DNA of 64,000 nucleotides, from the NCBI GenBank assembly GCA_029560465.1, contig JAKQKX010000090.1, positions 8,189 through 72,188 of the forward strand, written 5' to 3'. Both the position numbers and the translations under genes were made by a program. This DNA is from Candidatus Omnitrophota bacterium (GTDB taxonomy: Bacteria > Omnitrophota > Gorgyraeia > Zapsychrales > JANLHA01). The notes beneath the pieces are model-generated. The model worked only from the letters and a program-made list of their open reading frames with translations, did not search any database and was not told where the DNA came from. Shown piece by piece: positions 58,224-64,000 of this stretch (its first letter is position 1; each line of letters begins with the position of its first letter).

Positions 58224-59087
58224 TCAGGCCCGGGGATGGGCCTGATCGTAAACACTTTTTAGCCTTTCCGTCGTGACATGAGTATAAATCTGCGTGGTGG
58301 ACAAATTCACGTGGCCGAGGAGTTCCTGCACAGACCGCAAATCCGCCCCCCGCTCCAGGAGATGCGTGGCAAAAGAATGCCGCAACACATGAGGAGAAAC
58401 CTTTATCTGCAAACTCGCGGTCAAAATGTGTTTGTTGATAATATTCCGGACACTCCGGCTGGACAGCCGGGTCCCGTTCTTGTTAAGAAACACAGCCCGG
58501 TGAGGGATCTTTCTGGCGTCAAGATAAGCTTTCAAAGCATCCAATGCCTTATCCCCAATCGGGGTCAGCCGCTCTTTTTTCCCCTTGCCCTTGACCCGGA
58601 TTATATTTCCGATAAAGTCAACCTCATCAACATCAAGCCCGACCAACTCCGAAACCCGGATGCCGGAACTATACAGCGTCTCCAGGATCGCGCGGTCCCG
58701 ACGGCCGGCCCGCGCCTCCAAGTCAGGGGCTTCGATCAACGCAACCATTTCCTTTTCAGAGAGGAATTTGGGAAGGCTTTTATCGAGTTTCGGCGTCATA
58801 AGCAGGACAGCCGGATTCTCCTGAATCAGGCCTTCTCTTTGCAGAAAACGGAAAAAACTCCGCAGGGACGAAAGTTTCCGGGCAATGCTGCGCGGCTTCA
58901 GTTGCTGCGTTCTCAAATGCGCCAGATATTTCCTAAGGTGAAGATACCGGATCTGTTCGACCGCCATGTTCTCCATAAACCCCATAAACTCGGTCAAATC
59001 CTGGCTGTAGTTCGTAATGGTGTGCGGAGAAAAATTCTTTTCAATCTGCAGGTAGGATATAAATTTATCGATGTAACGGTTCATCAA
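58224..59087 (-). CDS. xerC: tyrosine site-specific recombinase XerC/XerD family
   Basis: SAM-like N-domain (ISYLQIEKNFSPHTITNYSQDL) and catalytic R...HxxR...Y (LRHSFATHLL ... TQIYTH). Confidence 0.85.
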   Translation of the reverse strand: MMNRYIDKFISYLQIEKNFSPHTITNYSQDLTEFMGFMENMAVEQIRYLHLRKYLAHLRTQQLKPRSIARKLSSLRSFFRFLQREGLIQENPAVLLMTPKLDKSLPKFLSEKEMVALIEAPDLEARAGRRDRAILETLYSSGIRVSELVGLDVDEVDFIGNIIRVKGKGKKERLTPIGDKALDALKAYLDARKIPHRAVFLNKNGTRLSSRSVRNIINKHILTASLQIKVSPHVLRHSFATHLLERGADLRSVQELLGHVNLSTTQIYTHVTTERLKSVYDQAHPRA

Positions 59088-59120
59088 GAGCCCCGTTGGC
59101 GACCTGACGGGTCGCCGTTC

Positions 59121-61094
59121 CTAAGAGCCGGAAGCCTTCTCCGGAAGCTTGCTGTCCGTGAACGTGCATTCCGGATAATTGCTGCAACCGTAAAATGTCT
59201 GCCCTCGACGGGAGCGCCGCTTGATCAGCTCCCCGGAACACCCCTCGACCGGGCAGGGGATGCCGGAAGTAAAGGGCTGGGCATACTTGCATTTCGGGAA
59301 TCCGGAACAGCTTAAAAATTTGCCTCTCCGCCCCCATTTAACCACCATCTGCTGCCCGCACTCCGGGCAGTGCTTATCAACAAAATTCTGCGCCTTTTCA
59401 ATCGTTTCCATCGCGTGATTCAATTCTTTCTTGAACGGCTCGTAAAAATCACGTAAAAGCACGACATGCTCCAGGTTGCCCTCCTCAATCTGGTCCAGCC
59501 TCTCTTCCATGCCCGCCGTAAACTTCACGTCCATGATTCTGGAGAAATACTCGACCAGCAAATCAGAAATCTGCATGCCCAGTTCCGTGGCGCGGAAGTA
59601 CCCCCGTTCGCGGTTGACATAATTCCTAAACACCAATGTCTGAATAATCGACGCGTAGGTGCTGGGCCGGCCGATCCCTTCCTCCTCGAGGGCCTTCACC
59701 AAGCTGGCGTCGGAGAACCGTGGCGGAGGCTTGGTGAAGTGCTGGGAAGGTTTCACCTCCAGGGTCTCAAGTGCGTCACCCTGATGATAGGGAGTAAAAT
59801 CCATCTTAACCTCTTCCTCCCTCTGTTCCTGCTGCAACAGCAGGTATCCGTCGAAGATCAAGGACGACCCGGAGGCCCCCAGCTGAAAACGTCCCCCCTG
59901 GATTTCGATTTTCTTGTTTTCATAAACAGACAGGCTCATCTGGGAACTGACAAACCGTTTCCAGATCAAATCGTAAAGCTTGAACTGATCCTCCTCCAGG
60001 AACGACCGGATATCCTCCGGTTTACGGCTCACGCTGCTGGGGCGGATCGCTTCATGGGCTTCCTGGGCGGACTTTTTAGATTTAAAAACATTCGGCTCCT
60101 CCGGCAAATACGACTTCCCGTAAGAAGAGCTGATAAAATCACGGACTTTGCCCATAGCGTCTTTAGAAATGTTGACCGAATCGGTTCTCATGTACGTAAT
60201 TAACCCGACCGGCTCGCTTTCCCCGACTTCAATCCCTTCATAGAGTTCTTGGGCGATGGTCATCGTCCGCATGGCGCTAAACCCCAGCTTGTTAAACGCG
60301 TCCTGCTGCAGAGTGCTGGTGATATACGGCGGGGCGGATTTCCGGGTAATATTTTTTTTCGTCACCCGGCTGACCTGAAAATTGACCGCCCGGATTTCCT
60401 TGACCATCTCATCCACTTGCGCCTGGTTCGACAGCCCGGGTTTTTCACCGTCAACGCGTTCCAGCGCGGCCGTAAGAATTGTCTCCAGCCCCGGCTTGCG
60501 GAGATCCAGGGCGACCTCCCAATATTCCTGGGGGATAAAAGCGAGAATGGCGCGTTCCCTGTCGACAATCAGCCGCAACGCCACCGACTGCACCCGTCCG
60601 GCGCTCAAGCGCGACCCCACTTTCTTCCATAACAAGGGGCTGATTTTATACCCGACAATCCTGTCAAGGATGCGCCGGGCCACCTGGGCTTTAATAAGAT
60701 GCTTGTTAAATTCCCGCGGGTTCTTAAACGCTTTGAGAACCGCCTCTTTGGTAATCTCCTGAAAGGTAACGCGGTACACTTTCTTCCCTTCCCCGATATA
60801 GGGAATCAGGTTCCAGCCAATCGCCTCCCCTTCCCGGTCAGGGTCGGTCGCGAAATAAATTTCTTTTTTGTTTTCCGCTTCTTTCTTGAGCTTGGTCAAG
60901 ATCTTCTGCTTATTCCGTAAAACAATAAAACGCGGCATAAAATCATTATCAACATCAACGCCCAGAGTGGATTTGGGAAGGTCAATCAAATGCCCCATGG
61001 AGGAAACGACTTTATATTTATCACCGAGAATACGGCTGATCGTTTTAATCTTGGCCGGAGACTCAACAATAACGAGAGGTTTTATTTTTGCCAT
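59121..61094 (-). CDS. topA: DNA topoisomerase I
   Basis: TOPRIM N-terminus (LVIVESPAKIKT), active-site Tyr region, and C-terminal C4 zinc ribbons (CPECGQQM..., CPVEGCSGEL...). Confidence 0.93.
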   Translation of the reverse strand: MAKIKPLVIVESPAKIKTISRILGDKYKVVSSMGHLIDLPKSTLGVDVDNDFMPRFIVLRNKQKILTKLKKEAENKKEIYFATDPDREGEAIGWNLIPYIGEGKKVYRVTFQEITKEAVLKAFKNPREFNKHLIKAQVARRILDRIVGYKISPLLWKKVGSRLSAGRVQSVALRLIVDRERAILAFIPQEYWEVALDLRKPGLETILTAALERVDGEKPGLSNQAQVDEMVKEIRAVNFQVSRVTKKNITRKSAPPYITSTLQQDAFNKLGFSAMRTMTIAQELYEGIEVGESEPVGLITYMRTDSVNISKDAMGKVRDFISSSYGKSYLPEEPNVFKSKKSAQEAHEAIRPSSVSRKPEDIRSFLEEDQFKLYDLIWKRFVSSQMSLSVYENKKIEIQGGRFQLGASGSSLIFDGYLLLQQEQREEEVKMDFTPYHQGDALETLEVKPSQHFTKPPPRFSDASLVKALEEEGIGRPSTYASIIQTLVFRNYVNRERGYFRATELGMQISDLLVEYFSRIMDVKFTAGMEERLDQIEEGNLEHVVLLRDFYEPFKKELNHAMETIEKAQNFVDKHCPECGQQMVVKWGRRGKFLSCSGFPKCKYAQPFTSGIPCPVEGCSGELIKRRSRRGQTFYGCSNYPECTFTDSKLPEKASGS

Positions 61095-61102
61095 AAAAAA
61101 TC

Positions 61103-62236
61103 CTATAGGTGTTCAATTTTCGAATAATATTGACCTGGCCATCTTTTCACGAAACCACGCAATTCCATCTGCAAAAGGGCTTCCGTGATTTCCGTCCCTG
61201 CTTTTTGGCACTGAGCCGCCAAACCATCAATATGCACCGGTTTGCCGTCCAAGTTGTCATAAATGAGCTGCTGTCCGGCCGTCAAATTCATGCCCGCCGC
61301 TGGCTTCAACCCACCCCTCCCGGACGCGCGTTCCTGGAAAACCCGCTGGCTTGGACAATTTCTTAAAGGAATCCGGAGTTCTTCCAGGATATCTTCAACA
61401 CCCAGGACAACCCTCGCCCCGTCTTTAATCAGCTGGTTGGTCCCCCAGGAGGCCGGCTGATCAACCCGGCCAGGGACGGAAAAAACCTCCCGGCCCTGTT
61501 CCAAAGCGAAACGGCTGGTGATCAGGGCGCCGCTCCTGCGATGGGCTTCCACCACAATGACCCCTAACGATAAGCCGCTGATAATCCGGTTTCGCCGTGG
61601 GAAATTGTAGCGCAACGGTGCGGTTTCAAGCGGGAATTCCGACAGGACTGCGCCGTGCCGGGCAATGGTTTCCATCAGACCCTCATTCTCCGGAGGATAT
61701 ATGTGGGTTAACCCGCAACCTAAAACCGCCAAGGTCCGTCCCCGGGCCTTTAAGCTGCCTGTGTGCGCGGCAGAATCAATCCCCCGCGCCATGCCGGATA
61801 CAACCGTTATCCCAAAATCCGCAAGGCGGGAAGCCAATTGTTCCGCCACAAGACGGCCATAAACCGTCGCACGGCGGGATCCGATGACCGCAACCGACGT
61901 GTCATCTTCATGCCGGATATCACCTTTATGATAAAGAACGACCGGACAATCCGGAATCTGTTTTAAAATCCTTGGGAAACCATCTTCCCATAAGGTGGTC
62001 ACCTGAATCTTAAGAGAAGAACACAGGCTGTATTCTTTCTTTAGAAATTCATCCTGTTCAAAACACCGGATATTTTTGACTGCGGCAGCAGAAACACCTT
62101 CAATGCCTGCAAAAACCCTAGACTTCGCTCGTAACACCGCCACAGCCGTCCCAAAGTGTCCGATTAACCGCAAAACCATACGGTTGGAAAGCCCCGGGAC
62201 CGCATTTAAAACGACCGCTGCTTCTTTTTCCGTCAT
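61103..62236 (-). CDS. dprA: DNA processing protein DprA (Smf)
   Basis: SAM domain plus Rossmann-like DprA core (AVIGSRRATVYG ... VVSGMARGIDSAAH); dprA-topA adjacency. Confidence 0.9.
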   Translation of the reverse strand: MTEKEAAVVLNAVPGLSNRMVLRLIGHFGTAVAVLRAKSRVFAGIEGVSAAAVKNIRCFEQDEFLKKEYSLCSSLKIQVTTLWEDGFPRILKQIPDCPVVLYHKGDIRHEDDTSVAVIGSRRATVYGRLVAEQLASRLADFGITVVSGMARGIDSAAHTGSLKARGRTLAVLGCGLTHIYPPENEGLMETIARHGAVLSEFPLETAPLRYNFPRRNRIISGLSLGVIVVEAHRRSGALITSRFALEQGREVFSVPGRVDQPASWGTNQLIKDGARVVLGVEDILEELRIPLRNCPSQRVFQERASGRGGLKPAAGMNLTAGQQLIYDNLDGKPVHIDGLAAQCQKAGTEITEALLQMELRGFVKRWPGQYYSKIEHL

Positions 62237-62260
62237 ACCCGCTTTCTCTGTGGTTCGGGG

Positions 62261-62809
62261 TCATTGATCGGGGATACGTTCTTCCGCGTGCTGTCTTATG
62301 ATCATTTCAATCTCTTCACAAACTCTTTGCCAGTCATTATCATTCGTGTCAATAATATAATCGGCCTGTTCATAAAAAGCCTGGCGTTTTGCCAATAATT
62401 CTTCCAACCGGGCCAAAGGGTCAGGGACATTCAATAAGGGCCTGTGCGTTTGATCTTTGATGCGCTGGTAAATTTTCTCGTGCGTGGCCGAGAGGTAAAA
62501 AACAATTCCTTTTTGCTTAAGAAAGGCCAAATTCTCCGGGTCTAAAACAACCCCTCCTCCGCAGTCAATAATAACCCCCTCTTTCGCAGCAACCTCCTGA
62601 ATGATCTTCTTTTCCAACGCGCGGAAATAGGGTTCTCCTGACTGCGCAAAAATCTCCGTGATAGGGCGGCCTTCCGTCTTAACAATAAGTTCATCCGTTG
62701 AAACAACCTGCCTCTTAAGCTTATCGGACAAATGCTGAGAAACCAATGACTTGCCTGCGCCCATAAATCCTATCAGCACTATATTATTTTTCACGCTGGA
62801 TTTTAACAC
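62261..62809 (-). CDS. aroK: shikimate kinase
   Basis: P-loop IVLIGFMGAGKS and shikimate kinase LID region. The likely true start is the GTG at 62794 (MKNNIVLIG...). Confidence 0.88.
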   Translation of the reverse strand: MLKSSVKNNIVLIGFMGAGKSLVSQHLSDKLKRQVVSTDELIVKTEGRPITEIFAQSGEPYFRALEKKIIQEVAAKEGVIIDCGGGVVLDPENLAFLKQKGIVFYLSATHEKIYQRIKDQTHRPLLNVPDPLARLEELLAKRQAFYEQADYIIDTNDNDWQRVCEEIEMIIRQHAEERIPDQ

Positions 62810-62828
62810 AACACCTATGGAGTGTCAA
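62800..62828 (-). promoter_or_regulatory. candidate sigma70 promoter upstream of aroK
   Basis: On the minus strand, TTGACA (62828-62823), 17 nt, then TAAAAT (62805-62800). The -10 box overlaps the most upstream possible GTG of the aroK ORF, which implies a short or leaderless 5' end. Confidence 0.35.
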
Positions 62829-62840
62829 ACCGATTAATAT

Positions 62841-62890
62841 TAATATTAATAATAAACCCAACCTTTGGGGGTTGGGTCTTAAAAAACGGC
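62841..62890 (-). terminator. rho-independent terminator-like hairpin after the prepilin peptidase gene
   Basis: Perfect 7-bp GC-rich stem cccaacc/ggttggg (62857-62863 / 62870-62876) with loop tttggg. It is flanked by an A-tract on the plus strand and a U-rich run (ttattatt) on the minus strand. Confidence 0.45.
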
Positions 62891-62916
62891 ATCATTTATG
62901 CTTTGGAAAGAACAGG

Positions 62917-63738
62917 TCAATATAACCCGTAACCGCTTTTAATCCAAGCAATAATCGCATCTCCGTAAAACATACTGATAAGAGCGCCCAGAACCAGGAA
63001 AGGGCCATAAGCGATGGCGCTGTCCTTAGTTCTGATCTTTTCTACGATCCCGTACACCGCCCCGAAGAATGGCGCGATAAAAAACGTCAACAAGGCCAAT
63101 TTCCAACCCAAAAAAGCGCCGATCATGGCCAGAAGTTTCACATCACCGCCCCCCATGGATTCTTTCTTGAAAATAAAATCACCCAGAAGCCCCATGGCGT
63201 AAATAGCCCCTCCGCCTATGAGCACGCCTAACAGCGCCTGGCCGAAAGATTTAACATAAGGCCAGACTCCGGCCCCCGCCCCCGGCGCATAACCATGCAA
63301 GGCAGGGATAAAAAGGCTGAAAAGCAGGCCAGCGAACATCCCGCCCACGCTGATTTCGTCCGGAATGATGCGGTGTTCAAAATCGACAAAAATAGCCACG
63401 ATAAAACCGCATACCATCACAAGGTAAGCCGAGGAGATAGCGGTCAATCCGTAAATCTTGTAAAAAAAGAGGAAAGAACAAGCGGTCAGGAATTCAACCA
63501 GAAAGTATCGGAAAGAAATCGGCTTCTTACAAGCCCGGCAACGGCCACCCAAGAGGAGATAGCTGACGAACGGGATATTATCATACCACGGAATCATGGC
63601 TTGGCAATGGACACAATGGGAGCGCGGGGTCACGACTGACTCTTCATGCGGCAAACGCACGATACAAACGTTCAAAAAGCTGCCCACGATAGCGCCAAAA
63701 ATAAAAATCAGAACCGAAATGACTGTGTGTTCTATCAT
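62917..63738 (-). CDS. pilD: type IV prepilin leader peptidase (A24 family)
   Basis: N-terminal zinc-binding CxxC...CxxC (CVHCQ ... CRACKK), then polytopic peptidase A24 domain with conserved Asp residues. Start at MIEHTVIS. Confidence 0.88.
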   Translation of the reverse strand: MIEHTVISVLIFIFGAIVGSFLNVCIVRLPHEESVVTPRSHCVHCQAMIPWYDNIPFVSYLLLGGRCRACKKPISFRYFLVEFLTACSFLFFYKIYGLTAISSAYLVMVCGFIVAIFVDFEHRIIPDEISVGGMFAGLLFSLFIPALHGYAPGAGAGVWPYVKSFGQALLGVLIGGGAIYAMGLLGDFIFKKESMGGGDVKLLAMIGAFLGWKLALLTFFIAPFFGAVYGIVEKIRTKDSAIAYGPFLVLGALISMFYGDAIIAWIKSGYGLY

Positions 63739-64000
63739 GATTTTAATCCTGTCTTTAAACTGGCCCACATTTTGTCTTTAACGGCTTTGTCCAGCTGGAC
63801 ATCGGCCCAATGCTGAAACGCCAAAACTCCCTGATAAAAAAGCATCCCTAAGCCATTGGATGTTTTAGCTCCCTGCTCTTTAGCCCATTTCAGGAGCCGG
63901 GTTTCCGCGGGATTATAGATGAGGTCATAAACAAGCATATCCCTCGAGACCTGGAACCCTTCCAGGAGGCAGGGATCAGAAATTTTCATCCCTATGGGGG
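63735..64000 (-). CDS. aroE: shikimate dehydrogenase, C-terminal part (N-terminus beyond window end)
   Basis: C-terminal AroE region (LVYDLIYNPAETRLL ... GLGMLFYQGVLAFQHW). The ORF is open to the window edge. Confidence 0.75.
   Translation of the reverse strand, partial: PIGMKISDPCLLEGFQVSRDMLVYDLIYNPAETRLLKWAKEQGAKTSNGLGMLFYQGVLAFQHWADVQLDKAVKDKMWASLKTGLKS

Noticed and set aside
58224-59087. Tyrosine recombinase as a possible integrase or mobile-element marker
   Set aside because: There is no adjacent tRNA, no phage or IS genes, and no direct repeats. It is flanked by waaA and topA with 33-36-nt spacers, and the sequence carries XerC/XerD-type N-domain features. It is most likely the chromosome dimer resolution recombinase.

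Overview
This 64 kb window of bacterial chromosome is densely coding. All ~62 predicted genes lie on the minus strand. Overall GC looks moderate to high (not computed). Most genes are conserved housekeeping genes with tight or overlapping junctions. The plus-strand ORFs in the track are antisense shadows of these genes. Reading 5' to 3' on the minus strand (high to low coordinates), the window holds: aroE (partial), a prepilin peptidase, aroK, dprA, topA and xerC/D; a large LPS block (waaA, lpxK, an LpxL-DUF1022 fusion, a GT4-GT9 fusion, a GT4, three GT9 heptosyltransferases, an hldE kinase domain, kdsB, kdsA, kdsD, kdsC, a fused LptC/LptA-like protein, lptB); then tig (lacking its PPIase domain), clpP, serC-like, serA, a membrane protein, purA, a Pal-like lipoprotein paired with a coiled-coil membrane protein, uppS, cdsA, dxr, rseP, an orphan CpaF/TadA-type ATPase, proS, rimP, nusA, infB, trpS, scpA, ruvB, a DUF2905 protein, a SpoIID-like protein, queA, tgt, trmD, rplS, rnhB, yraN, a cyclodeaminase-like protein, folD, a degenerate FAD-oxidoreductase homolog, a TPR protein, polA, coaE, rho, rpmE, prfA, prmC, murA, trpG and trpD (partial). 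I found no rRNA, tRNA, CRISPR array, IS element or prophage. The gene content indicates a diderm, LPS-producing organism with partly Firmicutes-like operon order, but taxonomy cannot be fixed from this window. The most unusual items are several domain fusions in the LPS locus, secretion/pilus components (CpaF-type ATPase, prepilin peptidase) embedded singly in housekeeping operons, a probable pseudo-oxidoreductase attached to the folD operon, and an envelope-tether-like gene pair. None of these can be proven novel without database searches.
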